DNA from: Promethearchaeota archaeon
GTDB taxonomy: Archaea > Asgardarchaeota > Hermodarchaeia > Hermodarchaeales > Hermodarchaeaceae
Reading direction: 5' to 3'
NCBI GenBank assembly: GCA_048939625.1
Contig: JBHLPH010000002.1
Span: forward strand, 87,559-151,558
Length of the DNA: 64,000 bases
Below, piece by piece: positions 37,563 to 47,964 of this stretch (within the stretch, counting starts at the first letter, position 1; each line of letters begins with the position of its first letter). The notes under the pieces were generated by a model, which ran no database searches, had not been told where the DNA came from, and worked only from the letters and a program-made list of their open reading frames with translations. The position numbers and the translations under genes are program-made.

Positions 37563-39244
37563 ATAGGTGCGGAATTAGTAGTCTTAGATTCACGTAGTTC
37601 GCGCCGAAGAATTTTCCCAACAGCTGATTTGGGTAAGTCAGTATGGAATTCGATAATGCGTGGATATTTGTAAGCTGCCATTTCCTGTTTCGCCCAATTT
37701 CGCAGTTCATCAGTGGTGAGATGGTCTTGATATTCGGTTTTGAGCACAACCACGGCTTTGACTTCCTCGCCCACCCTTGGAGAAGGAACTCCAATTACGG
37801 CGCATTCCGCAACCGCAGGGTGCCGATGAAGTAGGGCTTCAACTTCAGCGGGGAACACGGAGTAACCACTTCGTTTAATAAGATCTTTCTTGCGGTCTCC
37901 AATGTATAGATAGCCATCTTCATCAAAGCGCCCAATATCACCTGTGTGGATCCAACCTCCACGAATCGTTGTTTTGGTAGCTTCAGGAGCATTCCAATAA
38001 CCTTGGAAGATTTGGGGTCCTTTAGCTAGAATTTCGCCCCATTCCCCAATACGTAGTTCCTTCGTACTGTCAACTTGATCAACAATTTTAATGTCGGTAT
38101 TAAAGGTGGGAATGCCGACAGCCCCTGGACGCAGAACCCCTTGAGGAATCAGAGTCAGAATGGGAGAAGTTTCGGTCATCCCATAGCCTTCTACAATATA
38201 ACTGCCTGTTTCACGTTGAAACTGCTCTAATACTTGTACTGGGAGTGAAGCGGCACCAGAGAAGCAATTTTCCAAGCTACTGATATCATACTTCTTCAAT
38301 AAGGGACTGGCAAGCATTGACACATAGAGTGTTGGGACTCCCACAAGGACTGTTGCCTGATAATGTTCAATGCTTTTTAGAATCTCTTTGATCTCTGGTC
38401 GAGGAATGAGCACCACTGATGCAGCGATTAGAGTTGCAAGAATGATAATGCATGAAAAGCCAAAAGCATGAAAGGCAGGTAGTACTCCGATGAAACATTC
38501 TTCACCCTCTCGAACCTTAAACCACTGGCTTCCCACTTTCGCATTAAACATGAAATTTTGATGACTCAGCATTGCACCCTTCGGTGGACCTGTAGTTCCT
38601 CCCGTAAACAGTAAGGCTGCAATATCATTAGAGCCAATCTTCAGCGAAGGATTTTCTGGTGCTTGCTTTTTCAACAAATCACTAAAGAAATGAATATCAT
38701 CACTTTTAGGAAGCTTTGGATAAGGAATTTTCCCTGCTAACCGTCCCAGAATCGCTTTGACTTTGCTAAGGTATTCTCCTGTTCGGGTGTATACTACTGA
38801 TTCAAGAGAGGTTTCTTGTTTTCCGGCTTCCACAACCTCATGAAACAGATCTAAGGCGATGAGGTGCTTTACATTTGCAGAATTTAACTGATAATGTAGT
38901 TCGTGGTGTTTGAATAGCGGATTAATGGGAGTGACAATGGCGCCTGCTTTGAGTATACCAAAAATAGTGATAGGCGCTTGGGGAATGTTAGGAAGCATAA
39001 ATGCAACAGAATCACCCTTTTTCACTCCCATTTCAATGAGCGCATTGGCAAATTGATTGGAAAGCCGATCCAGTTCCAGGTAAGTCAACGCTTTGCCTTG
39101 GAAGTGATATGCAGGATTTTGGGGGTATTTTTTTGCCGTCACTGTAAGGGTTTCATGAATTGTCGTAGTTGGTATTTCGATGTCGTAGGGTAATCCATCA
39201 GGCCAACTCTTATGCCAAAACCGTTTCATCATAATAACATCCAC
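37559..39244 (-). CDS. fadD: Long-chain fatty acid-CoA ligase
   Basis: FTGGTTGPPKG, EGYGMTETSP, HTGDIG, DRKKDLI, PKSAVGKILRR. Confidence 0.92.
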   Translation of the reverse strand: MDVIMMKRFWHKSWPDGLPYDIEIPTTTIHETLTVTAKKYPQNPAYHFQGKALTYLELDRLSNQFANALIEMGVKKGDSVAFMLPNIPQAPITIFGILKAGAIVTPINPLFKHHELHYQLNSANVKHLIALDLFHEVVEAGKQETSLESVVYTRTGEYLSKVKAILGRLAGKIPYPKLPKSDDIHFFSDLLKKQAPENPSLKIGSNDIAALLFTGGTTGPPKGAMLSHQNFMFNAKVGSQWFKVREGEECFIGVLPAFHAFGFSCIIILATLIAASVVLIPRPEIKEILKSIEHYQATVLVGVPTLYVSMLASPLLKKYDISSLENCFSGAASLPVQVLEQFQRETGSYIVEGYGMTETSPILTLIPQGVLRPGAVGIPTFNTDIKIVDQVDSTKELRIGEWGEILAKGPQIFQGYWNAPEATKTTIRGGWIHTGDIGRFDEDGYLYIGDRKKDLIKRSGYSVFPAEVEALLHRHPAVAECAVIGVPSPRVGEEVKAVVVLKTEYQDHLTTDELRNWAKQEMAAYKYPRIIEFHTDLPKSAVGKILRRELRESKTTNSAPI

Positions 39245-39409
39245 TGGAGTAGTAAGATACTCAAGCTATCAATATCATCCAGTATAAATGCTGATGAATC
39301 ATTCCGCTCGGATTTTACAGATACATTCGTAAGGCTTTTTGATTCAAAGCAATATTCTTAGGGAAACTCATCAGTATCTCCGTATTATTCAAACTTTGAG
39401 GAAGTCCCC

Positions 39410-40198
39410 ATGACTAATGCAGTTCTTTTGAAGAAAGAGCCAGAGAGAAAAATCGCATGGCTTGTTTTGAATCGTCCCAAAAAATTGAACACCATCAACG
39501 AGGATCTTACTCGCGAACTTCAAGCGGCCCTCGCCAGTGTTGAGCAGGACAAAGAAATCCGTGTTCTCATCATTACAGGTGCGGGAGAGAAAGCCTTCTC
39601 AGGTGGCGCAGATTTATCGGTTTTTATGAGCGGAGTAACTCCACTCTACGCCCAATATATTGCCGCAAAGGGACATGAGATTCTGGCGATGATTGACCGT
39701 CTTCCCCAGCCCGTAATTGCTGCAATCAACGGATACGCGTATGGTGGAGGTTGTGAAATCGCGCTTGCGTGTGATTTTCGATTAGCAAGCAAACGGGCGA
39801 AAATCGGTCTTATTGAAGTCAACCTAGGATTAATTCCTGCTTGGGGAGGTACACAGCGAATGCCTCGGGTCATTGGGTTAGCAAAAGCGCGGGAAGCGAT
39901 TATGTTTGGTAAACAATTCTCTGCTGATGAGGCGTTGGAAATTGGATTAGTCGATCGTGTGTTTTCAGATACGTCTTTTGAAAAGGAGGTTCGGGAGTTC
40001 GCAGAGTCATTGGCAGCTCAAGCACCGATAGCTTTGCAGCTAGTTAAGCAATGCCTAAACTATGGCACTCAGGTGCCATTGGAGGTTGGATTAGCCTATG
40101 AAGCTCAGGCATTCTCAAAAACATTCACAACAAAAGACATTTTTGAGGGAATCACTGCATTTCTGCAAAAACGAAAACCCGAATACAAAGGCGAATGA
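39410..40198 (+). CDS. Enoyl-CoA hydratase (crotonase family)
   Basis: LNRPKKLN, FSGGAD, GGGCEIA, EVNLGLIPAWGGTQR. Confidence 0.93.
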   Translation: MTNAVLLKKEPERKIAWLVLNRPKKLNTINEDLTRELQAALASVEQDKEIRVLIITGAGEKAFSGGADLSVFMSGVTPLYAQYIAAKGHEILAMIDRLPQPVIAAINGYAYGGGCEIALACDFRLASKRAKIGLIEVNLGLIPAWGGTQRMPRVIGLAKAREAIMFGKQFSADEALEIGLVDRVFSDTSFEKEVREFAESLAAQAPIALQLVKQCLNYGTQVPLEVGLAYEAQAFSKTFTTKDIFEGITAFLQKRKPEYKGE

Positions 40199-40210
40199 AA
40201 TTCAACAAAG

Positions 40211-41389
40211 GTGAATAGTATGAAAGAACTCCGTGAAACTGTTATTGTTGATGCGATTCGAACACCGATTGGTCGTAAAGATCGTGCCTATGTTAAGACA
40301 CGACCCGACGAATTGGCTTCTCATGTCCTTCGAGAGATTACAAAGCGCACTAAGGTAGATCCGAAAGACGTGGATGATGTGATGATGGGCTGTAACACCC
40401 AAACGGCTTGGCAAGGCGCTAACATTGGTCGGCTTGCTCTTCTTGGTGCAGATTTCCCCTATACGGTTCCTGGGTGTTCAATCAATCGTGCCTGTGGTTC
40501 ATCACAACAAGCAGTAAACTTTGCAGCCCAATCAATATCAACCTATAATGCAGATATTGTGATTGCTGCAGGGGTTGAGCATATGTCTTGGCTTCCTATC
40601 GGTGCGGATTTCGGTGAAGGATGGGCTGCTTTCAATCCCGAGTTGCTCAAGAAGTATCAGTTTATTCCCATGCCAATGAGCGCAGAACGTATGGCTGAAA
40701 AGTACAAGATTCCCCGCGAGGATCTTGATAAGTTTGCATTATGGAGTCATCAGAAAGCTGTTGCTGCATGGGATGCAGGGAAGTTCAAGAATGAAGTTGT
40801 CCCCACTCCTGCGCGACAAGAGGATGATAGCTGGATTACAATCGAGAAAGATGAGAGCCCTCGCCCTAATACTTCAATGGAGAAATTAGCTAGTCTCCCA
40901 CCCTTATTCGGAGGAGTTGTGACTGCAGGAAATAGTTGCCCGATTAATGATGGTGCCGCGGCTGTGATGTTGATGTCCCGTGAAAAAGCCGATGAACACG
41001 GATTGAAGACTCGCGCCATTATCAAAGCCCAAGCTGTTGTTGGTACAGAACCTGTGGTCTGCCTTGAAGGACCAATTTTTTCAACACCCCCTTGCTTGGA
41101 ACGAGCAAATCTCACCATTGACGACCTTCACGCCATTGAAGTGAACGAAGCTTTCGCAAGCGTTGTCATTGCGGCTGGAAAGATGCTTGGTTTTGATCCC
41201 CTCACTGATCCCCGATTAAATGTCCATGGTGGCTCGATTGCATTAGGTCACCCCCTAGGTGCTTCAGGAGCGCGCGTCATAACAACCTTGCTCAACGTTT
41301 TAGAGCACAACAAGGGACAATATGGGCTTGCAACATTCTGTTGTGGTCTAGGTCTTGGAACAGCGACAATACTTGAGATACCTAAATAG
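40211..41389 (+). CDS. fadA: Bacterial-type 3-ketoacyl-CoA thiolase (acetyl-CoA C-acyltransferase)
   Basis: RTPIG, NRACGS, NDGAAA, NEAF, GHPLGASG, CCGLGLG; start may be ATG at 40220. Confidence 0.9.
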   Translation: MNSMKELRETVIVDAIRTPIGRKDRAYVKTRPDELASHVLREITKRTKVDPKDVDDVMMGCNTQTAWQGANIGRLALLGADFPYTVPGCSINRACGSSQQAVNFAAQSISTYNADIVIAAGVEHMSWLPIGADFGEGWAAFNPELLKKYQFIPMPMSAERMAEKYKIPREDLDKFALWSHQKAVAAWDAGKFKNEVVPTPARQEDDSWITIEKDESPRPNTSMEKLASLPPLFGGVVTAGNSCPINDGAAAVMLMSREKADEHGLKTRAIIKAQAVVGTEPVVCLEGPIFSTPPCLERANLTIDDLHAIEVNEAFASVVIAAGKMLGFDPLTDPRLNVHGGSIALGHPLGASGARVITTLLNVLEHNKGQYGLATFCCGLGLGTATILEIPK

Positions 41390-41412
41390 AAACTGTAGGC
41401 TAAAACAAGATT

Positions 41413-42276
41413 GTGGTAGTAATGGACGCGCTCTTTTTATGGGTAGCTCGGGGTTTACTACTAATTCTAATTGCTGTTTTCATCCTTGGGTCAAGGCCAG
41501 TCCAGCAGCGAATAGGAACATACCCAGGTAGATCAGCAACTAGGCTCCTGTGGCTAGCCGTAAAGGCACCCTGGCGAGCTCAAGAAGTTGAAACGGATTT
41601 TCTTCGTCAAGGATTTCCCACTCTAATATGGCTATTTACAATTACACTTCTGAGCGTTGGTGCTGCAACCTTCTTTGTATCATTCCTTCTCTTACTTGGT
41701 GTCTTCCAATTCCTTCTTTTTTTGGTTGTATTGCTTTTGGTCTTTTTTGTTTCAACCCGAATCAACGAAAAGGGATCTTATATTATCGCGGCCCTTAATC
41801 CCTCTCTTCTCTTCGTTGGTCTACTTTTAGCCTTGGGGAGCATTTATGGTTTTTCAGAATTTTTCTTCCTGTTTTCAATCAATCCTTTCTTTCAATATTC
41901 AATAATTATCATATCGATGATTCTGCTGGGTTGGCAATTCTTTGCGATAGTCATTATCAGCCATAAGGCAGTTGAACTCACTATTGTTTCATCAGTAGCG
42001 CGCCTGCTTATTGTCATTGGATTCGTGTTGTTAATGATTGGAGTGACAACCAGGACCATTGGAGTGGACCTAATTTATAGCCTACTCAATGACTTATCGA
42101 TACTCCCAACGGTATTTGTAGTGACTCTAGAGGGAGTAGTTCTAACGTATCTTACGATATTTACTCCTTGGAATTTGATCAGTATAGGAGGAATTTTGAT
42201 TACCGTTGGAGTGCTTCTGTGGATACTTGATTCTCTCAGAACTCGTCGAATGATGTTATCTAAAATGAAGGGTTAA
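41413..42276 (+). CDS. Polytopic membrane protein, unknown function (weak Yip1-like pattern)
   Basis: About 7 hydrophobic helices; co-oriented with fadA. Confidence 0.65.
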   Translation: MVVMDALFLWVARGLLLILIAVFILGSRPVQQRIGTYPGRSATRLLWLAVKAPWRAQEVETDFLRQGFPTLIWLFTITLLSVGAATFFVSFLLLLGVFQFLLFLVVLLLVFFVSTRINEKGSYIIAALNPSLLFVGLLLALGSIYGFSEFFFLFSINPFFQYSIIIISMILLGWQFFAIVIISHKAVELTIVSSVARLLIVIGFVLLMIGVTTRTIGVDLIYSLLNDLSILPTVFVVTLEGVVLTYLTIFTPWNLISIGGILITVGVLLWILDSLRTRRMMLSKMKG

Positions 42277-42959
42277 GAGATCTGTTCTAACAGCCCGAAA
42301 ATAAATTGGCGAACAGCAGATTTTCCGCGATATACACCATAATGCCCTTCACAAAGAATATCAGCTTCTAAGGCTAGCACGAGTTTCATTGAAGTTTGCC
42401 ATTGCTTGATATCGCTACCCCATGCAGAATTAAAAGGTCCATGTAAATCTTGTCCGAATAGCACACGCCGATCTCCATCCGAAAAATATAGCACGATACT
42501 GCCTGGCGTATGCCCAGGAATATGGAGATAGCGCAAATCACCAGCTCCAATCGGAATCACACCTGCGCCCTTGGTTAACGGTAAATCAATATGAGTTGGT
42601 GATATGTTCATTCGATAGTGATTGGCAGCCGTAATGACTGGATCTCCTTGGCTAATAGGTCGAACGGCTTTTTCGTGGGCAGCGATTCTAAACTTTAGTC
42701 GTTTCTGTAAGGGAAGCGCTCCTCCTATATGGTCAATGTGTTCATGGGTTAAAATCAGAAGTTCAATCTTAGAAGGGTCTAAGCCTAGTTTTTTTAGATT
42801 ATCGAGAAGCCGATCAGTACTTCGGCCAATCCCGGCATCAATCAAGACTAGGTGACCTGCTAGGTCAGCGAGATAGATGAAACAGTCATCGGGATCTGTG
42901 ATGTTAGGTCCACCAATGCAGTAGGTGTTACGGGTGATTCGCTGGGGTGTAGCTTCCAC
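42273..42959 (-). CDS. Metallo-beta-lactamase-fold hydrolase
   Basis: THEHIDHIG, PGHTPGS, FGQD, EGH. Confidence 0.9.
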   Translation of the reverse strand: MEATPQRITRNTYCIGGPNITDPDDCFIYLADLAGHLVLIDAGIGRSTDRLLDNLKKLGLDPSKIELLILTHEHIDHIGGALPLQKRLKFRIAAHEKAVRPISQGDPVITAANHYRMNISPTHIDLPLTKGAGVIPIGAGDLRYLHIPGHTPGSIVLYFSDGDRRVLFGQDLHGPFNSAWGSDIKQWQTSMKLVLALEADILCEGHYGVYRGKSAVRQFIFGLLEQIS

Positions 42960-43072
42960 GATAATATCCCTCGGTACGTATATAGTTGAGGTGGTTGAAT
43001 ATAGTGTTTCAGGTGTGTGAATAGCAAAAAGCCTTTTCTAGCTTCAAGATAGAGTGACCATTCCTAAGGTAG

Positions 43073-43993
43073 GTGAAGCATTTGCCCTTCATCATGCAAC
43101 CACAAGCACTAACAGACCACATTGAACTCATCGATGTGCAGGGATGGGATTTTCATCACACTACGGGCAGTCTACTCATTCGAGGTAATGAGGTTGCAGT
43201 GGTCGAAACGGGTCACCATCGATGCGGCGAACAAATTCTCACTGCATTAAAGGAACGGGCAATTGCCTTGGATAATCTGCGGTACATCTGCGTGACCCAT
43301 CGCCATGGCGATCATTGTGGCGGAGCAACTCCTCTAGAGTCAGCCGTTCCGAAGGCAACAGTTGTGGGGCACAAGTATGCCATTGCTACCCTTCGAAATC
43401 CGAGTCGACTAAACGAAGGAGCTCAAGCACTTTTTGGGGAGTTTGCCCAAGCGATTCATCCCCTCCGGAAAACTGCTAAAACTTGGGAAGTTACACAAGG
43501 AGACACAATCAACCTTGGCAGGGGTGTGAGTGTGGAAGTGATTAGTACACCAGGTCACACCTCTGATCACTTAGCGTATTTCGAGCCAAGCTCACGTACC
43601 GTTTACACCGGGGATGCAATGGGATTGTTGGGTCCCATACATTTCACGGTAACTCCAACCTCTTTTCCTCCGAGTTTCAAATTTGACCTCTACAAAGCCT
43701 CGATTGAGAAAATCGCCAGACATGACCCAACAGTGCTCGTCTTTTCCCATTTTGGTGCTGTGACTGGGCCAGATATACCTGTGATAATTGACCGGGCATT
43801 ATCGACCCTAGACTCGTGGAAAGACACCGTTGAACAAGCCTGGAACACACACGCTTCACAAGACGCAGTAATAGCAGCAATTAGTCAACGATTTCTTGAG
43901 GAACTTGAAGTCTTTCCCCCTGAAGCCCGTCAACTCTTCATTCAAGTCATGGCGCAAGGTCTTTCTCAAAGTCTGATTCCTGATAGCACCTAA
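43073..43993 (+). CDS. Metallo-beta-lactamase-fold hydrolase
   Basis: THRHGDHCG, PGHTSDH, YTGDA, SHFG. Confidence 0.9.
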   Translation: MKHLPFIMQPQALTDHIELIDVQGWDFHHTTGSLLIRGNEVAVVETGHHRCGEQILTALKERAIALDNLRYICVTHRHGDHCGGATPLESAVPKATVVGHKYAIATLRNPSRLNEGAQALFGEFAQAIHPLRKTAKTWEVTQGDTINLGRGVSVEVISTPGHTSDHLAYFEPSSRTVYTGDAMGLLGPIHFTVTPTSFPPSFKFDLYKASIEKIARHDPTVLVFSHFGAVTGPDIPVIIDRALSTLDSWKDTVEQAWNTHASQDAVIAAISQRFLEELEVFPPEARQLFIQVMAQGLSQSLIPDST

Positions 43994-44045
43994 CAAACCC
44001 GTTTATTGGTAAAACCGAAGACCTCAAAACCAAAATGCGTAGGAA

Positions 44046-44345
44046 GTGTATTCTATGTCAGTACCACCAGATGCAATAAGCAAAGCGATTGCCAACTTCA
44101 ACCGACTTCGCAGCCCTGAAGCTTTTGCTGAATTCATTGGCTTTGACAACAATGAACTCTTTGTCCGATTCACGGGTTCCTTCTGTCGCACCTGTGGCGT
44201 ACTCGATTATTTTGAAGACCTGATCTTCGAAGTCGACTCACGGTCCCCGATAAGCCTCGCGGTAATCGATTTCGAAGCTGAAGACGAAGTCACGTTCCAG
44301 GTCAGATACCGACTCACCTATCAGAAACCAAGCTGCGCTCGTTAA
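44046..44345 (+). CDS. Small archaeal CxxC protein (NifU C-terminal-like)
   Basis: RSPEA...VRFTGSFCRTCGVLDYFEDL; resembles the GxCxxC motif of NifU-like domains. Confidence 0.6.
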   Translation: MYSMSVPPDAISKAIANFNRLRSPEAFAEFIGFDNNELFVRFTGSFCRTCGVLDYFEDLIFEVDSRSPISLAVIDFEAEDEVTFQVRYRLTYQKPSCAR

Positions 44346-44379
44346 GTTATCGATCGAGCCCACTGAAACTACAAACCCA

Positions 44380-44417
44380 TAAAAAGGAAAAGCGGAGCAG
44401 CCGCAATAAGGCTGCTC
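44380..44417 (-). terminator. Hairpin plus U-rich tract ending the thiolase-like operon
   Basis: Perfect 8-bp stem GAGCAGCC/GGCTGCTC (44395-44417) right after the stop at 44419, then CGCTTTTCCTTTTT on the minus strand. Confidence 0.65.
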
Positions 44418-44418
44418 T

Positions 44419-44889
44419 TTAGGCGGGTTTGAAGTATTTGATATCGGTTAAGGCGCCTTTACGTTTATTCTTTGCCTCGAAAACCGCTGTGACCTTCGTG
44501 CCTATTTTCAGGGATTCCGGCTTGATTTCCCCAATCCGATGAATGAGCCCACCATCCGTCTTGTCGATTTTCACAAACGCCAAGACTTCAGGTTCAGGTA
44601 GGGGTGCCCCATCACGATCAAAGTAAGTAATCGTATAGGACTCAATAACCCCAGTCGAAGGTACCTCATCGAACTTGGTGAGTTCAGCGAAACACTGGTC
44701 ACAATACATTCGCGGAGGCATAAACGTGATATTACATTTCTCACACTGCGTCGCTAGAAACTTCGCCTCATCCCGTAATGCGATGTAGAAGCGTTCACCA
44801 GCCACGCCAGCCGTGTAGATGTAGTCACATTCCATATCTCCAATTTGATGACGAATCTTTCGCGGATCACGGATCTTATCAAATGACAT
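44419..44889 (-). CDS. DUF35 Zn-ribbon/OB-fold protein
   Basis: CEKC...PPRMYCDQC, DGGLIH, AVF...RKGALTDIKYFKP. Confidence 0.9.
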   Translation of the reverse strand: MSFDKIRDPRKIRHQIGDMECDYIYTAGVAGERFYIALRDEAKFLATQCEKCNITFMPPRMYCDQCFAELTKFDEVPSTGVIESYTITYFDRDGAPLPEPEVLAFVKIDKTDGGLIHRIGEIKPESLKIGTKVTAVFEAKNKRKGALTDIKYFKPA

Positions 44890-44893
44890 CTTC

Positions 44894-45412
44894 TCATTCC
44901 TCCAACGGTTCCCAATACAGTATGTCGGTCACGGCCCCCTCACGTTCCTTTGGAGGCTTCCAGACCGCTTTCACTCGCATTCCGACATCGATTTTCTCTG
45001 GGTCAACGTTTCCCAGGATGTGGAGCAACCCCACACCAGGACTCGCGCCATCAATGTCGATGACTGCAACCGGAATCGGTTCTTTGATACGATTCGCGTC
45101 GGCATCAAGATAGGACAACGAGAAAGTGTTGATGGTGCCTGTATCCTTACAGTACACCCATTCATTCGTGGCGACAAAGCATTGTTCACAGAACATCCGT
45201 GGGGGGACGATGATTCGCTCACAGCGACTACACTTCCTTCCGATGATTCGTCCCTCTTTGAGTTCATCGAGGAACCGACCATACGCAATACCAGCGCTCC
45301 AAGCATACTTGGCGTTTGGTCGCCATTCAAAGGTAATGACCTTATCGGATTTGAGTTCCTTGCTCGAAAGTGGGGTTCCTGGTACTTCTTTCATATCTTT
45401 ACTCATTGTCAT
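44894..45412 (-). CDS. DUF35 Zn-ribbon/OB-fold protein
   Basis: CSRC...PPRMFCEQC, GTINTFS, AVWKP...REGAVTDILYWEP. Confidence 0.9.
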   Translation of the reverse strand: MTMSKDMKEVPGTPLSSKELKSDKVITFEWRPNAKYAWSAGIAYGRFLDELKEGRIIGRKCSRCERIIVPPRMFCEQCFVATNEWVYCKDTGTINTFSLSYLDADANRIKEPIPVAVIDIDGASPGVGLLHILGNVDPEKIDVGMRVKAVWKPPKEREGAVTDILYWEPLEE

Positions 45413-45418
45413 TCCTCC

Positions 45419-46588
45419 TTAGCTATCCCTCTTGAAGACGCAGACCGTCCCGACCTGCATCAAATCACCCCATGCCTGGCAGACACCTGTCTCTGCCTTG
45501 GGGACTTGTCGTTTACCAGCTTCATCACGAAGCTGCCAAAAGGCTTCACAACACTTCATAAGTCCAGCTGCAGCAATTGGATTACCCACACCGAGTAATC
45601 CACCTGATGGACAAATTGGCATATCACCATCCCGTGCTGTTACCCCTTCAACGGTTAATTTAGGCGCCTCACCTTTATCAGCAAGCAACAACCCCTCAGT
45701 GTGATGCAGCTCCTTGTAAGTAAATGGATCATAGGGTTCAGCGAAATTAACTTCTTTGCGAGGTTCATTGATTTTGGCCATCTTGTAGGCCATTTTGGCG
45801 GCTTCGGCGACGTATTGGGGGAAGTAGAGGTCGCGGTTAGTCCAGTAGGCGCTATCGAGGGACCAGCCGACGCCGTCAAGCCAGACAGGAGCGTCTGTAT
45901 ATTTCCGGGCTACATCTTCGGATGCAAGGACGAGTGCTGCGGCGCCGTCGCTGGGTGGGCTGATGTCAAGACGGTTGACGGGGTAGACCATGATTTCGGA
46001 GTTGAGGACGTCGTCGACGGTGATTTTGGCAGCGAGTTGTGCACTGGGGTGGTCGAGAGCGTTACCTTTGTTTTTGACTGCGACTTGGGCGATGTGTTCT
46101 TTGGGGATGCCATGGACTTTCATGTAGCGGTGCATTTCGAGAGCGAAAATCCAGACGAGGTTGGGGTTGAGTGGGCGACTGATGATGGGGTCCCAGATTG
46201 TCCTGAAAGCAGTTTGTGGGTGAGGAAAACAGGGGCTCATTTTTTCTTCACAGACGACAAGACATGTGTCGTGCATACCGGAGGCGATGTGCCACCAGCC
46301 ACCGATGGGTGAAAAGACACCGGTGCCTCCACCGACGTAGACATGCGTGTAGGGTTTTCTGGTTGCGCCTGCACCGTCCAGGAGGTTTTGAGATTTCATG
46401 TGGATGCCATCAAAGGCGTCGGGGGCGGTGCCCATGACAACTGCATCGATATCGTTACGGGTCATGCCTGCAGCTTCGAGGGCTATTTTAGAAGCGTGGA
46501 AAGACAACTCTTTGCCGGACTCTTTCAGGCGTCGGCGGTAGAGCGTGATTCCTGCGCCAATTACGGCTACACGTTTTTTGATATTCAT
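45419..46588 (-). CDS. Thiolase-superfamily protein lacking the catalytic Cys (Ltp3-like, putative aldolase subunit)
   Basis: Thiolase fold with VGGGTG at the Cys position, EPYDPF in place of EVHDCF and GNPIAAAG in place of GHPxGAxG; ATG at 46588 follows GGAGG. Confidence 0.85.
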   Translation of the reverse strand: MNIKKRVAVIGAGITLYRRRLKESGKELSFHASKIALEAAGMTRNDIDAVVMGTAPDAFDGIHMKSQNLLDGAGATRKPYTHVYVGGGTGVFSPIGGWWHIASGMHDTCLVVCEEKMSPCFPHPQTAFRTIWDPIISRPLNPNLVWIFALEMHRYMKVHGIPKEHIAQVAVKNKGNALDHPSAQLAAKITVDDVLNSEIMVYPVNRLDISPPSDGAAALVLASEDVARKYTDAPVWLDGVGWSLDSAYWTNRDLYFPQYVAEAAKMAYKMAKINEPRKEVNFAEPYDPFTYKELHHTEGLLLADKGEAPKLTVEGVTARDGDMPICPSGGLLGVGNPIAAAGLMKCCEAFWQLRDEAGKRQVPKAETGVCQAWGDLMQVGTVCVFKRDS

Positions 46589-46605
46589 ATTTTGTTCCTC
46601 CTGGG

Positions 46606-47772
46606 TTACAGTTGGTTGCTTAGTACAGCGACGCAACCACTGGCGGTTGGGACACCTCTCCAACTCTGCGCGAGTGCGGTTTTCGCGTTCTTTATTTGGC
46701 GTTTTCCTGCATGCCCGCGGAGTTGTTGGACGCATTCAAGGACAGATTGTAGAGCAGAACCCTCAAGGAGGTTACCTGCCCCTAGTCGTCCACCTGAGAC
46801 GTTGACTGGGAAGGCGCCGTCATGGCTGAATTCGCCTTCTTCGGCGAGTTTGCCGGCTTTGCCGGGTTCGCAGATTTGGAGAGCTTCAAGGTGTTGAAGC
46901 TCTTTGTAACTGAATGAATCGTCAACTTCAGCAAGGTCAAGGTCTTTGCGGGGATCTTTGATTCCCGCTTGTTTGAAGGCTCGATCCCGTGCCTGATTAG
47001 CATAGCGTGCGACGCTCCAGTCACGTGCTTCGAGCCAAGGTGTATCTGAACACCATCCGAGCCCTTTGACCCAGATTGGGTGGTCGGAGAGGTCCTTGGC
47101 TTTCTTTTCGGAAGCAAGGACTATCACTATCATACCATCAGCGAGGGGGCTGATGTCGCGTTGGGTAAGGGGGTGAGAGACCATCGTGGAGTTGATGACC
47201 TCGTCAACTGTAATGTCTGCAGGAAATGCTGCCAGGGGATTGTTCATGGCGTTGTGTTTATTCTTGACAACGATGGCAGCACATTGTTCCCGCGTTGTTT
47301 TGGTCTCATGCAAGTAGCGCTGCATTTCTAATCCCGCGATGAAGTAGGGATGGGCATTGAATGCGCGATTATAGACTGGGTCTAAGGCATGAGCCAAAAT
47401 ACCATCAAAGGTGAGCATATCCGAGGCTTTGCTGTGCGCCTCGATTGCCACCACATCAAATAATCCGGTTTCAATCTGCATCGCCCCATTAGCGAGGGCA
47501 AGCAGACCGTCACCACCGATCGTACAGACGGATCGTAGAACAGCTCCGAGTTGGTCGGGTACAAACTCGTCAAAGATTGAGTACCCTTCCCAGTAATCTT
47601 CTGCAGCAGTGAGAAAGCTTCCAATATCTTTACGGGCGTTAACTCCAGCATCCGCATAAGCTTTGACAGCAGCTTCAAACATCTGCTCCTTAAAAGACAC
47701 ATCGGGCGAAGTTGAACGAAAATCCGTATGTCCGACACCGACTATGGCCACAGTCAAGTGGAGTCCCTTCAA
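46606..47772 (-). CDS. Thiolase-superfamily protein lacking catalytic Cys and His (Ltp4-like partner subunit)
   Basis: VAIVGVG, GGDG, EVDDSF, VNVSGGRLG, AQSWRG; start uncertain within ~20 nt. Confidence 0.85.
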   Translation of the reverse strand: MKGLHLTVAIVGVGHTDFRSTSPDVSFKEQMFEAAVKAYADAGVNARKDIGSFLTAAEDYWEGYSIFDEFVPDQLGAVLRSVCTIGGDGLLALANGAMQIETGLFDVVAIEAHSKASDMLTFDGILAHALDPVYNRAFNAHPYFIAGLEMQRYLHETKTTREQCAAIVVKNKHNAMNNPLAAFPADITVDEVINSTMVSHPLTQRDISPLADGMIVIVLASEKKAKDLSDHPIWVKGLGWCSDTPWLEARDWSVARYANQARDRAFKQAGIKDPRKDLDLAEVDDSFSYKELQHLEALQICEPGKAGKLAEEGEFSHDGAFPVNVSGGRLGAGNLLEGSALQSVLECVQQLRGHAGKRQIKNAKTALAQSWRGVPTASGCVAVLSNQL

Positions 47773-47964
47773 TTTTCAGTAGGTTGAGGTTACCTCATGA
47801 TTGATCTTCATGATTTTACCTCGAAGTGACTTTGATTGAAAAGTTGTTCCTCAAAAGCCTTCCGCAACTAAAGTGAATCCGATAGCGCTTCGAGACTCGT
47901 GGAGATGTGGAAACGAGGCAAACCGTTAAAAGATGGCACCCATCCCTTGTGCAAATATTAGTGA

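Noticed and set aside
46588-46735. 130-bp overlap between the two thiolase-like ORFs in the ORF track
   Set aside because: Artefact of an upstream in-frame start; ATG at 46588 with a GGAGG SD removes it.
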